This document shows positions 26,901-39,059 of a DNA stretch of 64,000 nt, one piece after another. The DNA comes from Tubiluchus corallicola. Its lineage: Eukaryota; Animalia; Priapulida. The DNA is taken from positions 1 to 64,000 of the forward strand of contig JAQGDQ010000872.1 of the NCBI GenBank assembly GCA_030141605.1. The letters run 5' to 3'. The position numbers were made by a program, and so were the translations under genes. Each line of letters opens with the position of its first letter. The first letter of the stretch is position 1. The notes beneath the pieces are model-generated. The model did not search any database and was not told the DNA's origin. It saw only the letters and a program-made list of their open reading frames with translations.

Positions 26901-29900
26901 GTTGTGTCAACAAACTCTAAACAAGAATGAAAAATGACGAAGAATGAAAAAAATATACCAAATCATAAGTAGTGAGCATGCAGAAGGGAAGGAAAGGGCA
27001 ATTTAAAAGTATGCCCCAAAAAGCTTTCCAGGCAAGTTATATTACTTAGCATTACACTTATCTGCTTGAAAGATTTGTGCAACTAAAAAGATAATTCTTA
27101 GTAATTCAAAATATTTGCGCCAACTGGTAAACGTCACTGACTCACCTTCCCAGTGTGCATCACAGACTCACCAAAAAATGTACTATTAACTTTATTTACA
27201 AGATACAGTAATTTGTACTTTTGCTTACTTAATGAAGCATGTTCTAAGAATGCTCTGATTATTTTTTAACTTAATGCAATTTTACCTAAACTTGTTTCAA
27301 AAACTAACCATCAAAATAGCTGCAGCTAACAGCCACCAGGAGAGTTTAACTTTTCAAGTTTTCCGCAGCCTTGCTAATAAATACAAAGCCTGCGTGCAAT
27401 GGTAATTTATAGTTATTGAACTGTGAGCTATGAAAGATCTCATTTTTTTTCTTTAAACTTTATGCACTGTTATCAAAGCACTTTTTGCTACAAGTTAGTA
27501 CACAATTTATACAACAACAGTGCATTTAAAGGAAGAGATGAAGTTAAACAATGACCACTTGCTCACCTTCTCAGTGTGCACCACTGCTTAACAGAAAATG
27601 TGTTTTTAATCTTATTGACAACATATAGTAATTTATACATTTGCTTAGCTAGTGAGTGAGCTACAAATCTGATTTAAATTTTCAAACTTTATGCAACGTT
27701 ATCAAAGCATTTTTCTGTTAAATATTACTACACAATTTACAGAAGTACGATGAACTTAAACAGGATGTTGGTCCGGAATTTCACTTCTGCTTTAAATAAT
27801 ACTAAGACCATGATGGTAAAGCTTCAGCATTTACTGCACAGTGCACTGGTATATTAAGTCATACAGTAACTAAATTGAAAGACATAAGACTTTTCAGCAG
27901 AGCTCTTCAGTGTCTATTGTAATTATGTCAAAATATTAGGTAAAAGCACAAAACTAAAACTGTTGCTGAAAGTAACCATGTTTGTTACTGAATAAAACTA
28001 GTACTAGATTCAGTAACTAAAATAGAGACAAGTTAGTAACATGTTCTTTTTGTCTAAGTAGTAGTAGTACACACCACGGAAGCAGTACGATTGCACAAGA
28101 AGACACTGAAGAGTTCCACTGAAAAGTCTTATGTCTTTCAAATTAGTTACTGTATGACTGCATATATCAGGTCTTGTGCACTGTGCAATAAATTATTATT
28201 ATTATTATTATGAGTTTATTTCGTATAAAAACATACAGTTTACAAAGATAAAGATGTTAGTAAAACAGGTAATGCGATGTTAGTAAAGTAACATATCTAC
28301 AGACATTCAACTTTATAATAACCACACATTGTAGTTCCCTTGTAATTATATTACATTATACAGTGTTGTAAGGAGCTATAATAGATATCTTAAAACATAA
28401 TCTTTAAATGAGTTCTTAACCTTTAATTTTACATTTTCGTTTAGATCTACAGTACAACCATATTTGTATCTTAAATTTACTTGACTGTTATTTACATAGT
28501 AGCATAGCTTTGGAATTCTCAATGTGCAGGAGTTTACAATTTTTCTCACAAAGTTTAATTTTCGACTATCTATTAAATAATTCGCAGGCATTGTGCCACA
28601 AAAATACATTAACAATTTGACACTTTTATTTTGTCTAAAATCGAATATTTTTCTATAAGCAGTGTTCCATTTTACCCTAATGGCATTAACTTCATTGTTT
28701 GATAAATGTTGAAACTTTACCATCATTGTCTTAGCATTATTTAAAGCATTATAATGAATTCAACGGAAGATATGAAGTTAAACAATGTTGAACTTAACCT
28801 AACAAAGTTGTGGCTTCATCTTTCGTTACACCTGTAATGAACGGCACACGGTTGTAATCTCCTGTTTGCAGTAATTTTCTTGGTTCGTCAGGTAGAAATC
28901 CACCCGGCCCATCAACTACGGGAGCCCAGGGTAATATCCAATCAGTTTCCTGAAATAAATGTAACCTCAATAAATGCAAATGGCTCAGTACGTTGCTAGA
29001 ACATAGAACATATAGAACATAGAACATTTATTTTCTCCAATTAGTTGTGACATAAAAAGTTTTGTAAATATTACGTAATTATAATCGTGGAGCAGGGCAG
29101 AGAAGGACCATAGGGTCATCTAGTCTCCTGTCCTTTCTTATAAATAGATTAGTAATATTAACAATCAACTGTGATGCTGCAGATAACAAAAACAAAAACA
29201 AATAAGAACTGAAAACAACAAAAAAAATAATGATAATAAAGTTGGATATCAAAATCCAAACAAAACAATACAATTATTCAGTAAAGAGGATTATTATATG
29301 TAGCAGTTTCAAATGGGGTCTTATTAACAGGGGAAAATGACCAAGGTTAGTGAGTAAAGTTAAAAAACTGAGAGTATGGAAAGAAAAAATAAGCATCAAA
29401 AAAGTGCAATATAGAAAAATTTACGAGAAAAAGTAAGTATGAGAAAGAGCAACAATTACTTAGGAGGTGAGGAGAAAAAAGAAATACCAGAACTGTGATG
29501 TTGGACTTCACAGTGTAACTTTATGATAACATTAAGCAGTTAGTGTGGTTTGACTTATAAATAAAACAGTTTAAGACATCGTGAAATTTTTTCCCAATCA
29601 AGACATCTGGTCAAAGCATCATTAGAAACTTCAGGACCGTAAGTTTGCTGCATTTTGCATGGTTTCATGAAAAACTGCTCTCTCACTAAGTAGAGATTAC
29701 ATTATATTTGATAATCTATGTAGTTTCTACTCCTCAGACAATGGGCTTTTATGCAAAATTATGTATGAGAATGCATTTGCTTATATTAGACAAATTAAAA
29801 ATTGATTTTTGATAAAAAAATAAAAAAAGAAAAAAATTACTGCTGTTCAGTAACAGCAGTGTTCGCACCATAACAACTTACACCATTTTTTGTGTGAAAT

Positions 29901-32900
29901 TGGCTAATACAGAAAATTTTACAGTTATGGTGTCGCCCCCCAAACGCCCCACCCACCTAGCAATGCCACTGTGAGTTTAACAACTTTATAAAAAGGTACT
30001 GGGAGAAATAAGTGCAAACAATCACAGTTTTTAATGAAGAATACATAAAATGTAGTTACATCTACATCTGCTGTCACTAAAGTTTCACCATCTACTGCCT
30101 GCAAGCACTCAATCAACTTCTGCTCATCATCTCTTCTACCCAGCTGACAACCCACAGCATCCGCAAGTCTCTCCGCAAACCTTTCCGGTTCCGGATTGTA
30201 TGACAGCAACGATAACGAACTTCCACTAGCTGCCACACCTTGTCTAAACAAGCCTGCAGTTAGTGGAGACAACACGTGTAAGGACACTGCAATCGCTCCA
30301 CTGCCGTGTCCAAAAAGTGTTACACGTGACGAATCGCCGTTGAACAGTGCAACGTTGCTCTGTACCCACTTTAGCGCTTGAACTTGGTCTAACATGCCGT
30401 AATTTCCTGGAGCGGCCTCATTGCCTGTGCTTAGAAAACCTGAAAAAAATTGTAATATCACATAAAGGTCAAATTGAACGCAGAAACAAGTCTTCTTTGA
30501 TTAAAAGAGCTAACCGTACTTTAAATTTCAACACAAACTTTATTAAATCACACATCTTCCTTCCTACTGAAATCGGGACTTGAAGCTGCATTTTGTTCAA
30601 CGATATGATAGTCTTAGTGTTAACCATTGCGACTTTTAGATCAGCTACCATTCAAATTTTAATAATTTAGTGAATAATTATGATCCACGGGGGATTATTT
30701 GCACCTAGACTAGATTAGAATCCATGTAGATTTTTTTCTGTGATTAGTGCAGTTGAAAAATGACACACAAATGTAATAAAACTTAAATTTAAATAAACTA
30801 ACATTAAAACTACAAATCAAGTAAATGATTAACAGGTCACTAGTACTTACCAAGGCGCCCAAGACGAAAGTTTGGCACAACAACTACCACGTCCAACTTT
30901 GCCAACTCCATTGCATGGTACAGCGGGTTAGCTGCCCAGTCAGAGTGAAATAATCCAGAATGCAGGTATACGACGACGGCATACTTAATGGTCACCCCTC
31001 TCCTGGCAATGTCGGGCTGCAAAATGATTCACGATCCTCAGAAACAAATTTACGACATTTTGTTTAACTAAAAACTCATAATATTAAAAATTTAAATACA
31101 CAAGTAATAAGCAATCAAAGCAGAGAACACTGATATTAGACAACAAAGCAATCAAGTCAAAACAAATATTAATGAAAGGAACCCATAGATGACAAGTGTG
31201 GAAGTTGTAATTGTACATTTTTTAGGTGCTGCCATCTATGAACTAATGCATGTTCACTGGATCTCCCCCTATTTTTCAGTAATGGTTTTTGTGAAGCCAA
31301 GTTTGCATAATCACCTATACCTATATATACTGACTGGATTTACTTTCTGGTCACTGTCCAACTCTCAGTGATCAGTCATGCTACTCATGTTACTCACTGT
31401 CTAACTCTCAGTGTTCAGTGCAGCAGTCGTGCTACTCATGTTACTCACTGTCTAACTCTCAGTGTTCAGTGCAGCAGTCGTGCTACTCATGTTACTCACT
31501 GTCTAACTCTCAGTGTTCAGTGCAGCAGTCGTGCTACTCATGTTACTCACTGTCTAACTCTCAGTGTTCAGTGCAGCAGTCGTGCTACTCATGTTACTCA
31601 CTGTCTAACTCTCAGTGTTCAGTGCAGGACACTCTTGTTCTCAGTGTTCAGTACAGCAGTCATTCTACTTATGTGTATGTAGTCTAATAAACACTTTTCA
31701 GTTTTGTGCAAATATGTAGTATAGTTGTTTATTCTTGTTCTACAAAGTGAATGATTTACAACTTTAAACATGACTTTCACAACAAGTTTTATATAAAATA
31801 TAACAGCTTAGGAAGGGCTTTACAAACAGTTCCTAATGCACATTGAAGTGGCTGAGCCTAATAGCTGCAACCTCTCTAACTGGTGATCACTGCATATCAC
31901 AAAACAATGCAAAAATACCAAACAAAATATTTGTTGTACCTAAAGTTTTCATTTTATGTACAACTGTCAAAAATAAGTGCAAATTGAGTGCAAATAATTC
32001 ACCATTATTATGTCCCTGATAATTTGACTCTAACTTGTTGGCATTCTTCTGTCTCGGAAGACAATGGAGTGTGCGCCAAGAGAGACAGTTATTGATCACA
32101 TTGATGGAGCTGCAGCGTCGACTGTGGCTGAGCAGTCCGATCCTTGAACGTCTCCAGGGCGCACACCTGGGCAAGGTGTGTGGAGATCCTGAGTTGCCCA
32201 GACAACAGGAACCCCTCTTTTCCTCCCTGGTGTAGTCCAAAGGAAAGCGGAGTGATACGTTTGGCATCAGGTTGGCTGCAGGAGCTGCCGGAGTCAGTGA
32301 GCATGCTGCACTGGCTCCACTCGTGATTTGGAAGGTTTACTACTCTACACATCACCGTTGGGTAACTTGACCTCCTCCGCCCTCTAGCCATTGGCTGCTT
32401 GTGCAGCTCCTCTGCCTAGTGTCGAGATACAGTGTGGGCATCCCGCAAGCCTACAGCACCTGGTATTCCTAGGCGGTCACCCAACCAAATACTAACCAGG
32501 CTCTACGTTGCTTAACTTTGGTGATCAAACGAGAACCGGTGTTTTCAACGTGATATGGCCATAGATTAATGGCTCTAACTAAGTTGTGGAAAACAACATT
32601 AACAAAAAACAGTGTAGAGTCCATGACCATACATCACATATATCTCTGTCAAGTATATACATATGTATACATGTTATCATAGACTTACTATAGGAGTGTA
32701 AATATTTAAGTAGAGACAATCTTCACTTTGTTTCTGTATGTTTGTGAATCCCACATTTGTCTGCGCTTTCTTTTGCCAGCAGGCCGGGCCGAACAACGTT
32801 GCATCTCTAACACCAGTCCAGCCAGAATGAGCTTCTGGTGCCTACGCAAGTACAAAGGCTGGACATTAAGTGTGCGGAAATGCATATGTCCTTGGTTACA

Positions 32901-35900
32901 ATAGCTGTACAAAAGTTTAAATTAATTTAAAGCACTAGAAAACCTATTGCTTACATAAATCTTCAAAATGTTTGGCTTATAATTTTGCATCACTTACTGT
33001 CTTATTGCGCACAGAGCTTGCATTTAGAGTGATATTTTGGCAATTGGCATTGCAAATTTAGGCATAAGCAATTAGGCTACTACAGTAGTCTAATTAATGT
33101 CCCTAATTTGTCAATGCTTTTGCTTTTGTTGTTACCGTTGTTGTTGCTGCTGCAGCATGTTACTGTTTTTGTTGTTGTTATTGCTGTTGTAGCTGCTGCT
33201 GCATGTTGCTGTTGTTGCTGCTGCTGCTGCATGGTGCTGTTGTTGTTGTTGCTGATGTTGTAGCTGCTGCTGCATGTTGTTGTTGTTCTTGCATGTTGCT
33301 GTTGTTGTTGTTGCTGCTGCTGCTGCTGCATGTTGTGGTTGTTGCTGCAGCTGCATGTTGCTGTTGTTGTTACTGCTATTGCTGCTGCTGCTGCATGTTG
33401 CTATTTTTGTTGCTGCTGCTGCATGTTGCAATTGTTGTTACTGTTACTGATGCTGCGCACTGTTGCTGCTGCTTTTGCAGCTTGCTGTTGTTGTTGCCCT
33501 TGTTGTTAGCATTATTCTAGTGAAATTACCACAAGTTATAAAACAGTTAAGTTTTACAATTAAAAACAGAAGAGCATACCTTGAAACGTTTGTCTCCAAC
33601 AGGTGGTTCAGCATACGGAACATTGCGATAAACATGAACGACTCTTCCATTAGAAGCTGCCAGTGAAATACCTTGCAATGAACCGCCATGAGGAAAAACA
33701 ACTAAAGGAGGCGGCGGTGGAATGACGCGACGCTGGTTTTGCGCATTCATTAAACACATTAAACACATTAAAATAACAAAACTAAAAACCTGCATGTTGC
33801 ATACAATGTGAATAAAAAATCTTCGGGGAAAACTATGTAAGGATTATGAGTAAGCGTTAAGCACTAGGTCAGTATTGCCACAACTTCTTTACTTAAGAAC
33901 TACAAATATGTCAAACGATGGCATTTCTTTGAGCCGAAATTCACCTGCACGCTTGACCTATTATTCTATAAAAGAAACTTCACCTACAAACGTCCAAAGG
34001 TGAACAAATAGTGTCTGCAGAACAATGCAAGAAAACAGCAAGTTCAAATAAGTGGAAAGAGCAAACAAAGTTACAACTAGATCATTATGCGTATTAATTT
34101 GTGCTTTCAATTGAAGTGTGGAACAGAATCTTGGAAAAACGGACAAACTTACCCAAACATGAAACGTAAGATTAAAAAGAAAGCACCCAGTCAAAAGCTT
34201 CAGTGAAATTCGTAATGCACAAGTTGACACAGTTAAAAACATAATTAAGACCTTAGGTCTCTAAGCAATAATAATTATCAGAAAAACATTTCATCAAACA
34301 ACCAACAACAAAAAAGTTACTCGAGGCCCGTACATTCTGAAGAGAAATTCATCATGTGGTTCAAGTGCAGCTGCAATCTGATATACTAATTATGATAATT
34401 TATTGTTAATTCCTAGAACAAGCACGAACAAAGATTAATTCTTTCAAAAATGGATAATACAATTATGAAGTTGAGTTTCCACTGAATGACAGGCTACTTC
34501 CTAAACTGTAATCCAATACCGGTTATGTAACAATGTATTAAACATGACAATGCAACCAAATGGGCCCTCTAATTGAGCTTGATTGTAGTGCATGCATTAT
34601 GTACTTATACATTATTACGAGGTACACTTTATATTTTTTTGTCGTATTTTAATGTTGTAAAGTAATATACGTACAACTACACTGCTGAATTAACAATAGT
34701 TCAGAGCAGCATATAAAGCACTGCACCAAAAAAACAAAGAAATATCAGGTGACAAAAAGTGACAGGTATCATCCAGTGTAATCACGAATAAACAAGGTAA
34801 ACATTGCCATGAAAAGAAAGACATTATGTGCTGAAGGTTTAGTATGTGAAAGGAGAAATTCAGTGACAACGAAAGACCACAGTTTCCAACGACCCAAACG
34901 ACTGCGATGATGACCCATCAATCCTGATGAGTGAGTTGGAAGCAGCTATTGAGGAAATGAAGAAGGAAGAAGTGGCAGGACAGGGTGGAGTTGTTATTGA
35001 AATGATCAGCCGCATGAATCCACAGGTCTGGTAAAGCAAGGCTACTTGATCCGTTTAATGGAAAGAACAACTCATTCAGTATGTGAGGTTTATTCCGTTT
35101 AAAGTAAAGAACAGCTCATGCAGTATGTGAGGTTTATTCCGTTTAATGGAAAGAACAACTCACTCAGTATGTGAGGTCTATTTTACTGTTACCACTTAAA
35201 CTTAGAAAAATATGACAAAGAAATTAGCAAAGAATTGCCTATAAAGCATAAATTTAAAATATGCGACTTCTGAATAGAAATTTTCAGTCGCCATAGTTGC
35301 CCCCATTCACTTGAAAATCAAGGAAAAACTGGGAGGAAGAATCCGTATGCAAGCCCTATTGTTCGCCATTGTTGCAAAAACATGTAACACCTAATTAACA
35401 TGCTAGCCCCACTGTGCCAGGTGTTAAACAAATTAGCTTCATGCTACAAATTGATGAGTTCTCCTATGCAAATTGTACCGCTTAGAATGAGCAGACTCAA
35501 TTACTAACATGAAAACATTCTGTGTTATTGTTTAATGTATGCCGCTCTCATCCACGGTACATAATGCAACAACTCAGTGTTCAGTACTGTCAGCCGCTGC
35601 AAGAGCCACCTGGTGGTGGATGGATGAACCCTGCCTTTGTCATTAGTTAACTGATTAGTGGCCAGACTAAACTTGTGTTGCTTTTGTGAAAACTTCATAA
35701 CAGTGTTGCTGAGTGGTTAGTGGCCAGACTCAACTTGTGTTGCTTTTGTGAGAATTCCATAACATTGTTGCTCAGTGATTAGTGGCCAGACTCAACTTGT
35801 GTTGCTTTCGTGAAAACTTCATAACATTGTTGCTCAGTGGTTAGTGGCCAGACTCAACTTGTGTTGCTTTTGTGAAAACTTCATAACAGTGTTGCTCAGT

Positions 35901-38734
35901 GGTTAGTGGCCAGACTCAACTTGTGTTGCTTTTGTGAAAACTTCATAACAGTGTTGCTGAGTGGTTAGTGGCCAGACTCAACTTGTGTTGCTTTTGTGCA
36001 AACTCCATAACAGTGTTGCTCAGTGGTTAGTGGCCAGACTCAACTTGTGTTGCTTTTGTGAAAACTTCATAACAGTGTTGCTGAGTGGTTAGTGGCCAGA
36101 CTCAACTTGTGTTGCTTTTGTGAGAACTTCATAACAGTGTTGCTCAGTGGTTAGTGGCCAGACTCAACTTGTGTTGCTTTCGTGAAAACTTCATAACATT
36201 GTTGCTCAGTGGCTAGTGGCCAGACTCAACTTGTGTTGCTTTCGTGAAAACTTCATAACAGTGTTGCTCAGTGGTTAGTGGCCAGACTCAACTTGTGTTG
36301 CTTTTGTGAAAACTTCATAACAGTGTTGCTCAGTGGCTAGTGGCCAGACTCAACTAATGTTGCTTTTGTGAAAACTTCATAACAGTGTTGCTCAGTGGTT
36401 AGTGGCCAGACTCAACTTGTGTTGCTTTTGTGAAAACTCCATAACAGTGTTGCTGAGTGGTTAGTGGCCAGACTCAACTTGTGTTGCTTTTGTGAAAACT
36501 TCATAACAGTGTTGCTCAGTGGTTAGTGGCCAGACTCAACTTGTGTTGCTTTTGTGAAAACTTCATAACAGTGTTGCTCAGTGGTTAGTGGCCAGACTCA
36601 ACTTGTGTTGCTTTTGTGAAAACTTCATAACAGTGTTGCTCAGTGGTTAGTGGCCAGACTCAACTTGTGTTGCTTTTGTGAAAACTTCATAACAGTGTTG
36701 CTCAGTGGTTAGTGGCCAGACTCAACTTGTGTTGCTTTTGTGAAAACTTCATAACAGTGTTGCTCAGTGGTTAGTGGCCAGACTCAACTTGTGTTGCTTA
36801 TGTGAAAACTCCATAACATTGTTGCTCAGTGGTTAGTGGCCAGACTCAACTTGTGTTGCTTTTGTGAAAACTTCATAACATTGTTGCTCAGTGGCTAGTG
36901 GCCAGACTCAACTTGTGTTGCTTTTGTGAAAACTCCATAACAGTGTTGCTGAGTGGTTAGTGGCCAGACTCAACTTGTGTTGCTTTTGTGAAAACTTCAT
37001 AACAGTGTTGCTCAGTGGTTAGTGGTCAGACTCAACTTGCGTTGCTTTTGTGAAAACTTCATAACAGTGTTGCTCAGTGGTTAGTGGCCAGACTCAACTT
37101 GTGTTGCTTTTGTGAAAACTTCATAACATTGTTGCTCAGTGATTAGTGGCCAGACTCAACTTGTGTTGCTTTTGTGAAAACTTCATAACATTGTTGCTCA
37201 GTGGTTAGTGGCCAGACTCAACTTGTGTTGCTTTTGTGAAAACTTCATAACATTGTTGCTCAGTGATTAGTGGCCAGACTCAACTTGTGTTGCTTTTGTG
37301 AGAATTCCATAACATTGTTGCTCAGTGATTAGTGGCCAGACTCAACTTGTGTTGCTTTTGTGAGAATTCCATAACATTGTTGCTCAGTGATTAGTGGCCA
37401 GACTCAACTTGTGTTGCTTTTGTGAGAATTCCATAACAATGTTGCTCAGTGATTAGTGACCAGACTCAACTTGTGTTGCTTTTGTGAAAACTTCACAACA
37501 TTGTTGCTCGCAGAAAGCGAATGAGATATTACCGAGGCTAATGTTGGTTATGGCCTGAAGCTAAATGCTTCGGGACAGAAAAGACTGAAAACAGTGAAAT
37601 TAAACGTAAAGATGGCAAGATGACTGACCACATAGGAATTGTACTTCTGCTATATGGGAAGTGAGATCGCAAGATAAAGAAGGATGACAGGTGCAATAAG
37701 GAATAAAATGCAGAACTGGGAAAACAAGGACCCAGTTTATAATGCTAAAATTTCTTTCGAATCCAAAAATTTGCATAAATACCAGGAAAAGGATGGGACA
37801 CTATAAAAGAAATTTCTGGAAGGAACAAATCAAAGAAAGAATAGCTAGAGAAAGACAGTGAAGACATAGATGATATCAATGACTGGACAATGATCAAGAA
37901 AAAGAATGCTATCATCAGAAAGAGTGAACACAAAGAAAAATTGCATAAGAACTAGCCACCAAGCAAGATATAAAAATAAGATAATAAAAGACTAATAAAT
38001 AAAACTAAAAAACATGGATGCCTTGTCACTGTCGCTACTTTTGTTACAGTACCGGTGCCGTAACAAAATTACGGTACTTTGCCAAATAATAATCCTCAGC
38101 TTAATATCTGTAACAAAAGGCAGTTTCTACGGTGACAGAGTTCAAGTTGTTTTTATATTAAACAATGTACACAACTCACCTTTATCTCACCTTTGCAGCT
38201 ACCCCAATTATGTTGGTTATTTTTGAGACTTTAGTTTTGGTAGCCATTGTGTAAGGAACACGAAAAATTGGTGAGGTTCATAACCATTACTACTACTAGT
38301 ACTACACTTAATCGCTATCTTGACTTAATTACTTAACCTGTAATTTCTTTCGACGGTAACAGAGAAAACTTAACCGTAATCTAAGTACTTAGTCTTAATT
38401 AATCGTAACTTAGTACATTCATTCTAAACAATAAATTTAAAATCATAACAAGTAATACTGTTAACAACGCCGACGACGTAAAAAATGAGGCGTGTAATCG
38501 TAACGTACCCCGCACCGGTCTGCTTTAACCGCAACGCTAGGATACACCAAATTTCTAACGCAGGAACTGCACAAAAAGCAAATAATGTTGTTTCCGCATC
38601 AGAAATACTTTTACTTACCCGTAGATAATGGCAATAAGATGAATAGTAAAAGACAACAACCACACTATAGTGAAAAAAGTCGAAAACCAAAAAGTAAAAT
38701 TTGAATATACATCACGTAAAACGTAAGCAGCCAT
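8950..38734 (-). CDS. UGCG: Ceramide glucosyltransferase (glucosylceramide synthase), 9 coding exons, 402 aa
   Basis: Exons 38619-38734, 20598-20739, 19664-19766, 18542-18643, 16688-16800, 14124-14302, 13218-13304, 11000-11189, 8950-9126. All introns are GT-AG and phase-consistent (1209 nt). Motifs: N-terminal TM ending [45 protein letters not shown]. Confidence 0.95.
12400..12870 (-). mobile_element. Degenerate LINE (CR1/L2-like) ORF2 3' fragment
   Basis: [24 protein letters not shown] and ...DKFHPLH segments typical of the post-RT region; frameshifted. Confidence 0.6.
12960..13126 (-). mobile_element. tRNA-derived SINE with a V-domain (V-SINE-like)
   Basis: A box TAGCTCAGTGG and B box GGTTCAATTC, followed by GAGTCGTAGCAAAGACTTGAAAAATGGTACT, which resembles the V-SINE central domain. 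Confidence 0.7.
13406..13964. mobile_element. Tc1/mariner-like MITE
   Basis: TA|CAGTACACCCCGCATAACT...AGTTACGCCGAGTTTACTG|TA. Confidence 0.7.
14945..15372 (+). mobile_element. RTE-clade LINE 3' fragment
   Basis: [23 protein letters not shown]...ARLRWYGHL; (GAA)n tail; second copy at 26186-26559. Confidence 0.85.
15422..16562. mobile_element. Tc1/mariner-like MITE with a nested TIR element at ~16026-16529
   Basis: Outer TA|CAGTAAA...TTTACTG|TA. Inner TIR CAAGGCTACATAAGATTATGG / CCATAATCTTATGCACCTTG flanked by duplicated GTTATAC. Confidence 0.75.
17845..18426. repeat. 83-bp tandem repeat, ~7 copies, in UGCG intron 4
   Basis: GTTGACCTGAGTGTGAGACTAC recurs at 17867, 17950, 18033 and onward. 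Confidence 0.95.
19038..19593 (+). mobile_element. 5S rRNA-derived SINE (SINE3), copy 1
   Basis: 19038-19157 is a near full-length 5S rRNA (TACGGCC...GCCTGGTTAGTACTTGGATGGG...GGTGCTGTAGGCTT) with no T-run terminator, fused to a ~435-bp body shared with 32036-32565. Confidence 0.85.
21108..21609 (+). mobile_element. hAT MITE, intact
   Basis: Perfect TIR CAGTGGCGGCTCG / CGAGCCGCCACTG and perfect 8-bp TSD CTATGTTC. Confidence 0.92.
22261..23155. mobile_element. Non-autonomous hAT element
   Basis: TIR TAAGGTTGAAACGGTTAG / CTAACCGTCTCAACCTTA and perfect 8-bp TSD ACATTGAC. Confidence 0.92.
23233..33795 (-). CDS. Type-B carboxylesterase/cholinesterase-family protein, catalytically inactive, signal peptide, 10 exons, ~590 aa; nested in UGCG intron 1
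   Basis: Exons 33580-33795, 32689-32841, 30851-31016, 30060-30439, 28799-28949, 26732-26916, 25596-25719, 24506-24686, 23530-23700, 23233-23278 (1773 nt, phase-consistent; the last splice is the least certain). Motifs: [51 protein letters not shown]. Confidence 0.9.
23755..24330 (+). mobile_element. Dispersed MITE family (other copies ~10010-10290, 58290-58960, 62318-62781)
   Basis: Shared core CATAGCAACCAAC...GTTGCTAAGTGTTTT. Fuller copies have ~30-bp TIRs (TGCAAACCAAAA..CCATAAGTCGGCA / TGCCGACTTATGGA..TATGCAAG). Confidence 0.75.
24765..25480. mobile_element. piggyBac-like MITE
   Basis: TTAA|CTCCTTCAGGACCA...TGGTCCTGAAGGAG|TTAA; related pieces at ~29628-29925, ~53720-53876 and ~56127-56630. 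Confidence 0.88.
26186..26559 (+). mobile_element. RTE-clade LINE 3' fragment, internally deleted
   Basis: [19 protein letters not shown]...EMRMLRWM; (GAA)n tail; homologous to 14945-15372. Confidence 0.85.
27836..28188. mobile_element. Long-TIR MITE / hairpin element
   Basis: ~80-bp arms: TGCACAGTGCAC...GAAAGACATAAGACTTTTCAG and its reverse complement at ~28101-28188. Confidence 0.75.
28193..28727 (-). mobile_element. LINE 3' fragment with (TAA)n tail
   Basis: Peptide ...[13 protein letters not shown]...[10 protein letters not shown] typical of a LINE ORF2 C-terminus; AATAAA and (TAA)n on the minus strand. Confidence 0.6.
31350..31650. repeat. 51-bp tandem repeat, ~5.5 copies
   Basis: Unit CAGCAGTCGTGCTACTCATGTTACTCACTGTCTAACTCTCAGTGTTCAGTG. 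Confidence 0.95.
32036..32565 (-). mobile_element. 5S rRNA-derived SINE (SINE3), copy 2
   Basis: 5S head at ~32446-32565 plus the same body as copy 1; imperfect ~15-bp TSD ending CTCTAACT on both flanks. Confidence 0.85.
33120..33510. repeat. Compound (GCT/GTT)n trinucleotide microsatellite, intronic
   Basis: Mixed GTT/GCT/GCAT runs; gives low-complexity poly-Q/A/L ORFs. Confidence 0.9.
35050..35180. repeat. 44-bp tandem repeat, 3 copies
   Basis: CCGTTTAA recurs at 35051, 35095 and 35139. Confidence 0.85.
35652..37510. repeat. 62-bp tandem satellite, ~30 copies, in UGCG intron 1
   Basis: Unit GTGGTTAGTGGCCAGACTCAACTTGTGTTGCTTTTGTGAAAACTTCATAACAGTGTTGCTCA. Confidence 0.97.
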
Positions 38735-39059
38735 TTCCACAGAATAAACGATATAAATGAGATTTTTCCAAAGCCGTGCACCAAAGCATATGTTCTGTAC
38801 GAATGATTGTGCACAACTGCCGCCCACAACTTAGGCACTTGTCTTAAGTTGTCTGCAGCTTGACCCGAGTGGCCGCTGCCTCTGCTGTCAAAGAAAAAAC
38901 AATAATGATGGTCCTGCCCTAGGATTGCACGATCTCTTTCTTTTATAATTTAAAATTTACCGCAGTGAAGACATGACTTCTAGTTAGTTGTGTATTGAAT
39001 ATCATGTTCTGGTCACAGTTGACAGGGTTGTTCCGATCACGATGAGACTCCAATGACAG

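Noticed and set aside
27130-27740. Diverged duplicated segments with minus-strand AAG|GTGAG donors (possible alternative exons)
   Set aside because: No convincing acceptor or esterase-like reading frame; more likely decayed repeats.
33080-33520. Poly-Q / poly-A coding exon
   Set aside because: Microsatellite inside esterase intron 1; exons 1 and 2 already join in frame to give a continuous domain.
35652-37510. CRISPR-like appearance of the regular arrays (also 48378-51196)
   Set aside because: Units are contiguous with no unique spacers, there are no cas genes, and the context is eukaryotic introns.
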